From positions 186,001 to 249,099 of the forward strand of contig CDROCS010001060.1 of assembly GCA_977020255.1 (NCBI GenBank): DNA of 63,099 nucleotides, read 5' to 3'. The notes beneath the pieces are model-generated. The model had not been told where the DNA came from and made no database searches. It worked only from the letters and a program-made list of their open reading frames with translations. Position 1 is the stretch's first letter. Each line of letters opens with the position of its first letter. Positions 22,283-36,342 of the stretch are shown piece by piece. The DNA is from Obrimoposthia wandeli. Its lineage: Eukaryota. A program made the translations under genes and the position numbers.

Positions 22283-24150
22283 TTGTTGTGACGGTTGTAG
22301 CATGTGGTATTTGTTTTATGGTTGTTTCTTTGATATATTTCCTAATTGTAATTACTGACCATTGGCCACAAAAAATCGTAGGTTGATATAATTTGGATAT
22401 TTTATTTCCAAAAATCCTTAAGTTTGTTAGATTTCTACAAGTCTCAAATTGTTGTCCCCATTGTCTATACATTATTGGTTTGTTAGTATTTACACATTCT
22501 CTATAATCCATAATTATTTTTTCTGGATATCTTATATTTTTTATAGTTATATTTGTTCTGATTTGTGATTTTTCTAATTGTTTTTCTGCGTCTTTCCAAA
22601 AATGAGCATTATGTCCTCTATATCTAATTCTAATGAGGGCTTTATCTAAGTTATCTATTTTAAGTTGAAATTCCCAATTTATCATGATTTGATGTTTTGA
22701 TATATATTTTGCTGTCGTTTTTAATATTGAAGCTAAGTATAAGTGAGTTTCTATAATTCTTTCATAGAGTGTTATATTTTTTAATTTCGACTTAATTCTT
22801 ATTTTATATTGTGTTTCTGTTCTTAAAAATGGTATTGTATATTTTTGTGATTTTATTCCTGAAATAATTATATTTTGTTTTCTATCTGTTTGTGTGATTT
22901 GCACATTTCCTGTTTTGTTTGTAAGAAGAGAAATTTTTAACTTTATTGATGTGATTTCAGGTATTATTGTTATTAATCCAAAATTTTTTATGAGATGAGT
23001 TGTTGAGTCGTATTTATTTGTTTGTTGTTGTATGATTGATTGATTGTCATTTATGTTTGTTGCGTTTACTTTCAGTAGGTTATATTTTATTGTAAAATAT
23101 ATTACCAATAACATCATTATTTTACATATTTCTTTTATTGACATTTTTATTGTATTTCTAGTTTGATGACTCAAAATAGTGTTGTTTTGTTTTTGTGAGT
23201 TTTTTATAGTTAACATTTGTAGAACAGTATTATTGCTAGTTGATCTTAAGTTATATTTGTGACTTTTTACTTTTGTATTTTCTTCAGGTGTTTCTCGACA
23301 TCTGTTTATATGTGTTCTTATTTCTTTTGATTGTGGTTCATTGTCGAGTTTAGCTGTTATGTTAGTTCTGTTGGTACTAATGACTGTATATGGTCCTTTG
23401 TATGGTTTTGATAATTTGTGTGACAACTCTACATTAATTTGTGGATTGTGAATCATTACTTTACTTCGCTTTTTATATTTGATGGCTTAGTTCTTCTATT
23501 ATAATATTCTTTGTAATTTTCTTGTATATTTTTGACAAATAATTTAGCTTTTTCGAAAGCTAGTTTTATTATTTCTGTAATTTATATTTTATATTCAGGT
23601 TTTTCTAGGTACTGTGTAGTAGGTTGTAGTAATGTTAGGTCAATAGGCATTTGAGGATCTCTGAATAACATAAGGTAAAAATGTGTTTCTCCTGTAGATG
23701 CATGTACTGATGTTTTATATGCAAAAAGGCATGGAGGTATATGTAAATCCAATCTGTTTGGTTGTTGTTTGTGTATGATGCCATCATATCTTCGAGGGTT
23801 CTATTAAATCTTTCTACTAATCCGTCGGTTTGAGGGTGATATGGTGTTGTATTGATCTTTTTTATGTGATAAATTTCAGCTATTGACGCTAATACATTAT
23901 TTATAAATTCAGGATTTTTTTCGGTTAATAATTTTCGGGATGCACCGAAAGTAAAAAAAAAATTCGACTAAAACCTCCGCAATGGTTTCAGCCTTATGAT
24001 CATGTGTTGGAAAAGCCTCTGGCCATCTTGTAAAATAATCAGAGAAAACTATTATATATCGATTTCCTCGGGGTGTTTCAGGTAATGGCCCCATTACATC
24101 CATGACAACAGTTTCCATTTTGGCTGATGGATACGGTATTGGTTTTAAAA
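22283..24150 (-). mobile_element. Element C copy 1, 5'-side fragment: integrase core and C-terminus running into the FN3 ORF
   Basis: ORF 22236-23456 reads KPYKGPYTVI...HKYNLRS and continues without a stop into the signal peptide and FN3 repeats. ORF 23909-24265 contains VMDVMGP. There is no 5' LTR; the fragment abuts a kinesin exon at about 24150. Confidence 0.88.
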
Positions 24151-27100
24151 GTGGGCCTAGACGAACTCGAGGAGGAGGAATACGATGACGGTGATCTCGA
24201 CGAGAATGACGATCTCGCCCTTGTCCGATCTGCCAATGTAAGTGGGATCCAAAGAGAGATAACATTACTTTGCTTGGCCGTATTGCTTCTTTCCAGATAG
24301 TTTAGTTTTGAACACTAAAAAAATGGGTCAAACAATTAATTACATTTATTAGTAAATTAGAGTAAACAGCAAAATTTATGAAAACATTTAAATATCCTTT
24401 ACAAATATAATCTGATAATATGTGATCATTTGTTCAACAATATTATTTTAAGGGGATTCTTCGCCTATTATGACCAATTTCGATTTTTCGATGTACCAAA
24501 TATTATTTGATACATGTGGTTTCTTAAAACTAATGATTCTTAAATTTACATGGAATATTTCGCAGTCACCGTTTCATCATGACTATGTTGCAATATATAA
24601 AATAAATTAAGATAACATACAACATATATTAAAATACTTTTAAACACAAAATCTTTTACTTAAAACCCATATTAGTCAATTTAGTGAATTTAGTCCAATT
24701 TACTGTACTCAAATCTCTTACAATTTTGTGAATTTGTCTGTAAAAATTGTCAGTATCGGCGGGTCGAAAAAACTCTTGATTTTAAAATATTTAGCGTTTA
24801 TAATGTACTACTTTTATATTTAAGTATTTAAATTTATGCATTTCTAGAAAAATACTGTTGACAAATGCTTCTCAGCACTGATTCTAAATGAAAAAAGTAT
24901 CAACCGCAATATTATGTTTTAAGTTTTGTAAATTTATTTATTTATCAATGTTTATATTTTCTATTACATATCTAATTGATAAAACAGTGGTAAATAAACA
25001 ATAATGTACATAAACTTATGCCCAAAATTAAATTCTAACACTTCTCATTTTTCTTGTTCCATTAATTGAATAAAAGATAATTCCATCATACAACGTTTGG
25101 TTCTGATAGACTTGAATGCGGTGACTGGGTGTATGTGTGATTGTGGTCCACACTGAGCAACTCAGTGACCGCGTAACTCTGTATCCATTGCAACAAATGC
25201 AAACATACATTGCTCCTTTGTTGACTTGAGCTGATAACTCTGCTCTCGCTTGTAAGACAATGATGTACTCTGTTTTTCCGTAGCGAGTTTCTGTACTGTG
25301 GAGACGAGTGCTTGGAGATACTTGCTTGGTAACCATCACAATAGCCTGGCTACTCGGCAATTTTATTATACAGGAATACGCATCTCCACCTGACTCCTTT
25401 ACTGTTATTGATTTTCTTTTCTAGGGTTAAACATCTCTTAATCGTTTTCATTACAGACTTAATTATTAAAAAATATTGTCTTGTTGCTTTATCAAAGCAT
25501 CTCTCTTGTGCCAAATATCACTTATTTATTAGATTTTAAAATATTGCTTTTCCCAGAAATATTTATTCCACCTTTTGATAACTAATGTTTTGGAAATATA
25601 ATCCGTTTATTAGTGTTGCGGAAATTGGATTCTTTATAGCAATTGAGCGTTTTCCTGAAATTTGAAGTGTCTTCTGTGGTATACAGGGGATATTAGTAGC
25701 TGCTCTATTTTCCCAGACTAGGTGAACATGTACGTTGGGCAGCAACTGTCGACAAACATGATCAGTAGTGGCTAAACTGCACTTGTTAGTTGAGGTGACT
25801 TGTTCAGTCGTATTCTTGTCATGTAGACAGCCAATTTCAACTTGCATAATAGAAGGGGGTATCTATGACTCATTGGGGAAAGATTTTCTGATGGAGTTTC
25901 CTCCCCCTATTTAGGCGGAATTTATCGACGACGAGATGTTCAGCTTCCAGGAACTCGTGAACAAGATCGAGTCTCTTGAGGACAATGTCTGTGATAAGCA
26001 TAAAGATCTCGTGGACGTGAGTAATTTTTGATTTGGTCTCAGTTTTAATTCGCATATTTACTCATTTGTATTATATTAAAAAATTAATTAGGTGTATTGC
26101 CTTATAAGAATAATAACTAAAATATATTTTTAAATTAAGCACTCAACTCTTGTAGCGTCTGGCGTTTGAACTGCTGAACTAAATGTTCATCGAATTCATT
26201 TTCATTTTTGATATACTTCTTTCCAATAGATATTTTTGGCATGGGAGTCTTATTATTGTGTCAGGGAATATTTGTATGTGGTCATTTCAGTAAGGGGAAA
26301 ATCTATTGCAGAGGTGTAGTACACTATAAAAGCTGTCATTTCAATGTATGCCAAATATCTAAACTACTATTGCCAAGCATCGATTTGAAGGTGTATTTCA
26401 CGATGATAATCGATATGCGAAAGGAATGCCGAATAAAGGGGAAGTTGAGCGATTATTGCAAACGAAAATCATTACGACATGAGAAATGTTAATTGACGAC
26501 CACACTTCATGCCGAATAACTCTGAATGGCATGTATGCTAAACTTTAATGCTAAATCTCCCATAGGCCTTGACAATATACAAATATACGAACTAAAAACC
26601 GCTACTATGACAATTTGGGGGTTTTATTAACATTCTATTTTATTCTACCAATATCTAATTATTATTAGTTTTTAATTGATTCCGCAATCCTATTCAGAAT
26701 CTGACAACTCAGTTGAAGAAACACACGAGCCTTTTCAAGATGACCAAGCAGCCGGATTATCCTCTGGACGGTAAGATCTTCTGCATCTCAAATAACAAAC
26801 AATAACTTCGTTTTGTACATTTAGAGTACGCCAATAAGTTGGAAGATCTTCTTGACGATCAGCTCAAAGGGCTCACAGATTTCAAAAGTAAGCATCTGTT
26901 TTCGTTTGTGAGAGTTAAATTGAAATATAAACAAACCCGTTTTCTCTACTTGTATGGTACAGTATGCTGGTGGTCATATCTTTTCCAACTTTTCAGGTAT
27001 TTAGATTAATTAAACCTTTTATTTATAAAATAAGTTGTTTACATTATCACACACAATTGAGAAATTAAAATAGTTGAAACAGTCTAGCCCATTTGACAGC

Positions 27101-29020
27101 ACATTTAAATGTATACTATTTTCTGTTTATACAGTTAACCATGCTTAATGCGAACAAATGTGACGCCTTTTTGTCCTCAATATCGATAGTAAACTGCATT
27201 TATTAATGTAGTAAAAAGTGTCAATGGTTTAAACAGTTCCACATTTATTTGTATCGGCAGTTCAGTATATGATGAAAAGAAAGGTTAGCACACAAAATGA
27301 AATGGATTATTTTAATGCAAATATTTAATATTGGACTAATGAGAATGATAAGAATTAGAGAATTGTAAAAGTATTATTTGATTGGATGATATATATATAT
27401 TAAAATCCTTAAACTTTAGTGGACAAGTTTCACTTTATTGATAGTCAAAGATGAAATTCATGCACAAAATTAAAAGATTAGTAAAATATTGTATAAATAA
27501 ATTTCTTTATACCAATTTCAGAAAGCTTGGATGAATAAAGTACATTAAACATACATGAAAAGAAAACCCATTAATAAAAATATTGCTCCACTCTATAATA
27601 TAAGTTTCATACTGGTTCAAATCCACACAACTTCAGACAACTTCACCAAAGAAGAAATAATCTTTAAAATAAAAAATCATTCGACAGCGGCGATGGATGA
27701 TTTTTAGAACAGAAGACCAATAAAATAAAGCCGTTACATTTAGAAAAATACGTAGCACACTGTCACATCAATTTAAATTCATCAAAAATATCACGTACAT
27801 CGATTTAAAAAACATTTTACGATTATGGGTTACATTTGCATGTGTTAATACGAAATCTTTCCTAATGGGTACCTCAGACAAAGAGGCACAATTGTAATGA
27901 AATAGAAAGTTCTGAAAAGGGATATGTGTATATTGATTTGTGTCTTCTTTGATGAAGTGTACAGTTGGTTGAAAGTCTTGCATATACACAAACGGTTGAG
28001 ATCTGGACAAACACTTTACACATATGTACATTATTCAATAGTGTCTGAATGCTCTTAGGAATATATTTACTCTCTGAAACGTATTGATATTAGTGAGTAG
28101 AAAACAACGTTTACCATAATTGTGGAAAACAAAAAAGTTCCTAAAATAAAACTAGAATAGACTCTGCTTAGAACCTACTACAAAAACATTGACACCATTT
28201 TGTATTTAACTCCATACAGCTTCAATGACCGCTCTTATATTATTACTTTAATAAAATACATTATTTTCTTTACACATCTTTGATAATACTTTGATTAAAT
28301 CATTTTTTGGGAAAGTTAAAAAAAGTTTATTTCAATAGCCCTAATCGTATCATATTTTATAGATATTAAACAAAATATGTTGGTTTCACAATCATTTAAA
28401 GTGTCCAAAATGATTTCTAACAAATCTTATAAACTAAATTTCTTATCTCAAATGTCATGAGTTTTGTTTCTGCAAGTTTCCATCTTTGATCATATTCTCT
28501 TCCGTGATTATAGGAGTAAGGTTCTTTCAATTGGTGAGTCGTCTTTCATAGACATTTTAGGGGGAAATGACAGATTAGCGTTTGTTCTCAACACATAGAA
28601 ACAGATAGCCTAACACTGCTCGAAATATTTGATCATGATTACACAATCTATGTCACTCAGATGCCAACAGGTGGGTCAATCCCCTACTTTACATAATTTA
28701 CACAGACCAAACATGTAAACTAGTGGGTATATTAATGCACAAAGAGAATTGTGCCACTGTAGAAGTACTGAAACGTATGCATATTCTTTATACGTACTAA
28801 GTATTCTTAAATAACTTATTTTATGATTCAAAATAGCATGAAAACTGGGATAATATCTATAACTATGCTTGTAATTGTTCGTTTTAAGTGTAATCTACTG
28901 TAGTGTTATCCTCGTGTATCTCTTTGTCTGTCTGTAGATACTGTGATCGAGCTTCGAGGAGAGCTAAAGAAGGAAGAAGAAACCAGCAACCGTTTACTGG
29001 CCAATCGCAACAACCAGTGA
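24151..29020 (+). pseudogene. KIF2: Kinesin-13 (KIF2/MCAK-like) gene, 3' part only: exons 24151-24237, 25915-26016, 26698-26770, 26825-26887, 28938-29020
   Basis: GT/AG sites with compatible phases give ...NDDLALVRSAN AEFIDDEMFSFQELVNKIESLEDNVCDKHKDLVD NLTTQLKKHTSLFKMTKQPDYPLDE YANKLEDLLDDQLKGLTDFKN TVIELRGELKKEEETSNRLLANRNNQ*. This aligns by eye to the KIF2A tail ([25 protein letters not shown]...MTEEVDYDVDSYATQLE...). The first exon is 5'-truncated. Confidence 0.82.
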
Positions 29021-32000
29021 CCATCTTTCCTAGTTCCCGATCACACACACAATTGACAGATGAAGATGATGGTATAATTAGACCTGTAAATCAATTTGAA
29101 ATACACTTTGATTTCAATCAAATCCTGGATAAAGTCAAATTTGCATCAAATGAAGATTATGGTCTTTGGAAATTGGAGTAAATACCTTTAGAAGAACAAA
29201 TATTCTAAACAACTCTCCTAGATGTCGAGAATATGATGTTCAAGAATACAAAAATTGAAAAAGATTTAAATCTTCTATATCGATTCAAGAAATGGAGATT
29301 GAGGAAGATATATATTTATATAAAAATTTCAATGAAATTTTGAATATGTAAATATTTGATATTAAATATTACTAATATTTTACAGTGGATAGAGAGGAAA
29401 TGATTACTACAAGATGGTTTACCAGGGATTAAGACTAAACAAGGAGCAACTGAAGAAACTTAAGATTAACATATATATTTTTCCTTCTCTTGACAATCTT
29501 TTTAACATAGGAAATGTCAAAAAACTGTTATTCATCAAATTGTTTAATTTTAAAATCATTTAAAAATTGAAAATATTATATAAATAATTATAAAGGTAAA
29601 TTAAAAAAATTATAACGAATTTCTTTTTAAAACATATTTTAAAAAACTTGGACAAATTTGCAGTCAAGTTAAAACCTTTTCTATAAAAAAATAAATAAAT
29701 AATAAAAATTATGCTTATAATCTTTAACAATTAAAACAAATTCTTTTTAAAAACCAAAGTAATACGGATTTTAAATCTATACATTTATTAGAATAATCAC
29801 AATTTAAGCTTGTTCACTTATGCTTATCATCACTTTAACTGACATATCCCTTCTGGCTTTGAGTTTTTGCTCGTCTGCTTAACGTTTTGAAAGCGGCTCC
29901 TGTTTGTCCACACAAATTGAAATGAGATACTTATGGGAATGCAGCACTGTGGCAATGAATAAAGGAGTGGCTCAGTGAACGTAGTTTAGTTGGCCAACAT
30001 GGAGAAGTAGCAGAAAGCATGCAGTAACTGGCCCAATCAAGCAGTTTTATTGGTGAGGCAGTCCTTATATAGAGTGCCTCGGTAAGGTTTGAAGATTTTC
30101 TGTTTTGGTTTTTTAGAATTGTGGTTCAGATTAAATTAAAGAGCGATTTGTGATTTTTAATATCCATTGGAATTAGAAGAAGTATAGTTATGAAGAAACA
30201 CAGCAAAGATGGGGTAAATGTGATATGTGGATGTGATTACATTGGAAAGTTTACAATGATTTAAATATTTTCTTAAAAGTTTGGTTTGTTGAAATATATA
30301 TTGTTTTTAGAATACGAATTTTTTTATTAAAATTATGGACACTTTTAGAACTACTAAGAGTAGGTGGATGTGTGACTTCTGCTGTAAAGATCTATGGACG
30401 TTTTTTAATATTTTTAGAAACACTGAAGCCATTTGAATTTCTTATTACATTTTCTAAAGTTGATAAAGTATGCTTTAAATCTCATTGTGATGATTAGAAA
30501 AATTATCTGACAGATGGAGACTCCAAGTATAAAAATTGAAATGAGTTATTCTTCGAGATGGATTGTAGAAGTGGTCAAAATTGATGACCTGAGATTAGAA
30601 TTTGTGTGCCTAAAAGCCAGAAGGGCTTTATTTTCTAAATAATTTTTTGATAAATTTTTTTCTCCTATTTTAATAAAAAAAAAGCAGATAAAAAGGAGCA
30701 ACGTTTTTCATCCATACACTCAAAATTCCGATTGCGCCGGCACTGTCTATAAATGAATGTACAAGACCAAAATAATTCAATGTGTTTATATAATAAACAA
30801 GAAACCTTTGTATAGAAATTTTGGTTTTAAATGCTTCAGCACACTTATTTTTATTGAACCATTTTTAAAAGCTATCTTCAAATATTTGGTAAGACTAAGT
30901 TTATATATAAATTTAGATATAACATAATTTTTCATAGGTTCTCTGAACAATTTGTCATATTAAAAATAATATACAAATGCATTTTTGGCAGTTTTTTAAA
31001 GCTGTATATAAAAATTAATTCAAGATTTTATTTTTCCAAATAATATCTTTTACGGTCATATTTTACCCTTTTACGTACACATTGTAATAAAATGTTAGAA
31101 ATATAATAAATTGGGTGCTGTGTTTTTGAGTAAGAAAGGCTCTTGTCGGGCTTCATTTGTGCTAAATAGTTCACCCAAACTATATTAAATTAAAACTATT
31201 TAAGACTGTTAAGATATTTCATATCAGTTACTTATTGTACACCATGTAACACTATGTTATAATATTTTAATTTCTGAATATGTCCGAAAAAGCTGAATTC
31301 CAGTTGCCACAGGCGAAGACTACGACTCTGGAGATGATAGGGGAAAATATACTAGAAGAAGTGACCATTATTTCAGCACTCCACTGCGCAAAGAGGTAAT
31401 CGGAACGATAACAACAGTGAAATGGTCATATTGAACAATGGATGTTTTCTGATTGTTAATTTGAGAGTTACTTTAGATATTTAGGTATTCATAAAAAGTT
31501 GACAATTTTAGTAAATTTTTTTCATTTATAACATTTTAAACAATATTAGTCAATATGTTATGAATGAACGACGTTAGTAGGTGGATGTGTCCGGTATAAT
31601 CCACGCCCCCCTGTCCTTTAAAACCGTGCTTGTGTGTGGAGTGAAATTTCGTGCATGTGTGTGAAGTGAAATTGTCTACACCCACCCAACACTTAAAAAA
31701 ACTAATTAACCCCATATAACACCCTTTAAAATTGAAAATCTCATAGTGCTCCCCAAAATGTGAGGAAGGTCCTGAGGTGGTTTGAGCAATATATTTGACG
31801 AGCAATACATATATATAAAATACAAAATACAAGACAAATATGAATTTATCAAAAAATCATATATAAACAACATATTAACTTCACTCAAAGTCCAAAGAGG
31901 CTGTATTTTACCATAATCAGCTGTTTTGTTTCCTCTTCGAAATCAGAAATAAAATCATATGAACATCACATTTATTTTCATTCATTGAAATAACATTATC

Positions 32001-32342
32001 ATCATAACTCACCGAACCAACTACACACACAAACATTGTACTTTGTAATTCATCTTAGTCCCTTTAGAACATTTTACCCAGATTCTTCTTGGTAATAAGC
32101 ATGTTTTCATACTAGAGGGCTGAGATTTCATCTACCCGATGACTGCTTGTGTTGGGAAAATATTATAGCTGTTTATTTTGAAAAAGTAAAAATATAAATA
32201 TATATATAAAAAATTTAAAAAAATAAAATAAAAAGTAAATAAGAATTAATTAACTAAAGAATTAATTAAGAACTTTCCTTAATTAGGGAAAAGTTCTATT
32301 TAGAAAATATGCACTTTGGCATTTTAGTCTCAAGAGTGGTCA

Positions 32343-32393
32343 ATCTCCGACGGGAAAAAAGCCCGTTTCGCCCTGCGGGCTCATCAGGGAGAT
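32343..32393 (-). ncRNA. Type I hammerhead ribozyme, antisense, in the solo A LTR
   Basis: Same as 7134-7185 with loop II one nt shorter (GCCC-GCA-GGGC). Core intact. Confidence 0.88.
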
Positions 32394-32679
32394 GGCTTGT
32401 TATCTGTAACTTCGCGGTGGATTCCGCGAAGCCAGAGATAACCATAATAAAAAGCCAGGGAAAAGAGGGAAAGATTCCCCTTTCATGTGCCGACGAATAT
32501 CGTCGACATGTGATGTTGGTGTGCGCAAGTGCACAATTCAACACACACACTCACACAGCAGACATCACTCAACTCACTCACTTACTCACTCAACTTTCAT
32601 ACTCACTCACACTCACTGCTCACTCACACACTCACTCGTTTTATCCCTTTATTTCTTCCCATGCACTCTCGTGTGTATG

Positions 32680-33506
32680 TGTTGGGTAATTAATTAAAAT
32701 TAATTAATTTAAGTCAATTTAAATTGACATTTAATATTTATCTAAAATGTCCACAATTAGGGAGGTTTTCAAATTCAGCCTCCGACGGGGTGGTCCCGTT
32801 TCGCCTTGCCAGGCTCATCAGGAAGGCGGCATGATAAAAAGATGAGACATAATGTTTTTGCGCCCAGCAATAGTAGCAGATGCAGCGGCGATCTGCCCTT
32901 TCTCGGCCAGCGACAAGTCTGGTCCGGCTCCTCCATCATCCTTCTCCGCCATCCTTCCCCGTATTCCCCGTCATCCTCTCCTTCTATGCCACAGCTGCAG
33001 CATGCACTTTGCAGTTTATAGGACTATCTCAGTCCTTATCAGTGCTGTGATGCATAGAGCCACCCCATCTCGCTCTCACTCGGCCGGTCTCTCAGCGTCC
33101 CTCTCTTTTGGCGATGCTATATCTGTTGCTGCCCTACCACTATCTCGCCGTCAGCAACAACAACAGCATCGACTTGAATCGATCTCTGATGTGTGCCAAT
33201 GCTGCAGCGCTGCCTATTGGACGAGGCCTGAGAGGGCTGATACGCAGTGTCTCGACTGCTATAACTGTTGATGATTTAGAAAATCATTCAGTGATTGTTA
33301 CCTATTTGACTTTGACGGAAAAATTAACAATACAATTTATTGACAACAATTATTTGATTTACCTATTTGACTTTGACGGAAAAAGACAGAGGAGGAGAAA
33401 TTAACAATACAATTTATTGACAACAATTATTTGATTTACCTATTTGACTTTAACGGAAAAAGACAGAACAAATTATTAATTAACAATTCGGATCCCATTT
33501 ATAACA
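32680..33506 (+). repeat. Solo LTR of family E (827 bp) with TATG target-site duplication
   Basis: TATG|TGTTGGG...TTTATAACA|TATG. The empty site gtgtgTATGtgtgttcc is seen in the A LTR at about 7466-7482. The 5' part resembles the B LTR, and there are 3' tandem repeats at about 33295-33470. Confidence 0.93.
32778..32827 (-). ncRNA. Type I hammerhead ribozyme, antisense, in solo LTR E
   Basis: Identical to the B ribozyme at 15831-15880. Confidence 0.92.
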
Positions 33507-36342
33507 TATGTGTGTTCCTTACTGCTGTTATCTCGATACATATGCAGATAAATTGATATACATTTTCCCTCTCTGCCCAGATCCGCTGCCATCGGTTTAT
33601 GTGTGCAGCAGTATTTCTTCTTGCAATTTATGATTTGTCTGATCGTTCACCAGTGGAATTGAGGTTGTAGTGCAACTGATTGACTTGTTTTCTATAGTCT
33701 GAAGTGGAGCTTTAATTTTTTAAGAATCACATTCGAACAAGATAGTCTAATTGGATTAAAAAACAGAAAAAGCTCTGGAAATTGCAACATCACTGTCAGC
33801 AGTTTGTTTGGATATTTAAGCTGCACACTGCTTACTAAAAGGCCAGTGGATAAAATTTGATACAAATATTTTTTGATTAAACAACATTGATTCTAAACAA
33901 TATTGCTCCTGTATTATTGAAGAATTTTTAGATTAAACAACATTGATTCTAAACAATATTGCTCCAGTATTATTGAAGAATTTTTAGATTAAACAACATT
34001 GATTCTAAACAATATTGCTCCTGTATTATTGAAGAATTTATAAACCAACAACATTGATCCTGTATTATTGAAGAATTTTTAGATTAAACAACATTGATCC
34101 TGTATTATTGAAGAATTTATAAACCAACAACATTGATCTTGTATTATTGAAGAATTTTTAGATAACACAACATTGATCCTGTATTATTGAAGAATTTATA
34201 AACCAACAACATTGATCCTGTATTATTGAAGAATTTATAAACCAACAACATTGATCCTGTATTATTGAAGAACTTTTAGAAACAACATTGATCCTGTATT
34301 ATTGAGGAATTTTTAGAAACAAAGTTTTCAGATAATACAATATCATTTGTAATTAGTATTTTGGTATTTTGATATCCCAATTATAATACTTGTACTGATT
34401 ATCGGAAAGACGGTCACCGATGCAAAGTCATGCAGAATAAATAAATGTCCAATTTATTTAGTCTAAGCCTGGTCAGATTACTGTTTTAATGGTTTAAGAC
34501 AATAAGCTTAAATGCATTAATAATCAGCCCTAGACCACACCTCACTAGTTTCGAATATTCAAGCCAATAGTGTTCACAATTCTGAACACAGCATAAATCA
34601 CCAAACATAAATGAAGAAGTCAATTCAGTAAAACCTTCATATCAATGAAATCAGATAAGAAATTAAGACCACTAAATACTGTAATTGCCAAAGTCACTCT
34701 GTAGGCCTCCAATTGAGAAACCTAAAGATATTTTTAAGAAAATCCCCAACAAATAAATTCTATGAAACGTAAAATATGGACCTAATAAATACTTGATAAA
34801 TTCCATAAAATATATTTTACTTGGTTCTATACACTGCAAGAAATATAGAACGGCTTAATTCATTTTGTGCTAAAGGATGTAAACTCTATTATAAGATAAT
34901 GTATAGTGAAAACGTTTACTCATATATTATTCATTGAAATCGATTGCAATATAACAATAAATTCTTCAAATGACAACAAGTACGTGAACATATAATAATA
35001 ACTTAAAATATGACGACGTCAATATCGAATTTGAACAAAGTTTAATTGGCACAGTGCTAATTTCAATTTTTAAAAGTTTTACATTCATAAAAAGTTTTTT
35101 TTTTAATTTTAAATCCAAAAATATCATCTGCAATATAACTTATTTTAATGCAATAAATTACAAATGAATGTATTCTTGTGATAAAATTTATAATATATAA
35201 ATATTAAATCCCACAAATTATTTATATGCAATTGTTTTAATCTTCTTCTTATAAACTAAATATTTAAAATTAATTAAATATATTTAAGACAATTGTACGA
35301 TTTAGTCTAATAAATAACAATAAGGCACAATTGAGTTTAAATTATAAAATCAAATTTGTGCTATAAAATATATGATTTCAATTGTAAACTATCGTGTTAT
35401 ATTCAAAACAATTAAATTAATTTTTTTGATATTAATTAAATGTTTCTTTTAAAAGATTTTTTTAATATTTCCAATTCACAATATTAAAATTATTAAGATC
35501 GTCTTCATAGTCTTTCAAAGTGTTTTTTATTTAAAAAAATAACTTTGTTATATAGAATTTTGTGCCTTACAAAATTTAAGTTTTGTACCAATGCTTTACA
35601 TATTCATATTTTTGTGCTATATATTGTAATCTACTTTGGTCAAAATAATCTATTGAACTTTCATGTCATAATTTAATTTCAAATCAGAAAAAAAAGATTT
35701 GCATACTGAATAATTCTTGAGTATTAAACAGGTCAATAATATTTATTAATCATTTAGTAAATAAGAAAACAAATCATACAGTTCGACTATTAAATATTTC
35801 CTAAATTTAACATATTTACTATCACACTTCATGAAAAACTTGCAAACAATATTCAATTAGATTTCATTATCAATGATAAATATGCCTGATTCTTCGATTC
35901 AATGAAATTTCCGAAATAATAAATTCACTTGAGTGCATTTAAAACATTTTATAAAACATCAGGTTTTCTTATTATTCGCACTACAAACTTATTTCTTTTA
36001 CTGAATCGATAATCTGTATTGGCTAAACATTATTAAAAAGTTTATTTTTATTTCTTATCATTCTTAACTTTCAGTAACTCGAAATATTTTATAAACCAAT
36101 AAAATATCTCAATGCCCAAGACTACAAAAAAAATTATATTCACATAAAATTATATTTTGAACAATGTAATTCCGTCACTAATGTATCTTCAATTAGGGTA
36201 TATGTTAATTACTGACTAATTATTTGAACTGGTTTTAAACTAATATTTAAATGGACAATTTAAACTATATTTGTTAATCTATTTTTTTCGATTTATACAG
36301 AATATTTTACTATATATTTATACAATATATTTTTCTTTTAAT

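Larger units (their letters stand above)
32150..34388 (+). repeat. Solo LTR of family A with CTTG target-site duplication, containing a nested solo LTR E
   Basis: CTTG at 32146-32149 and 34389-34392. Colinear with 6941-8164 apart from the E insertion and the minisatellite count. Confidence 0.88.

Noticed and set aside
25028-26055. Minus-strand ORFs 25028-25360, 25563-25847 and 25870-26055 as genes
   Set aside because: 25870-26055 is the shadow of a plus-strand kinesin exon. The other two lie in a kinesin intron and show no recognisable motif, though a nested gene cannot be excluded.
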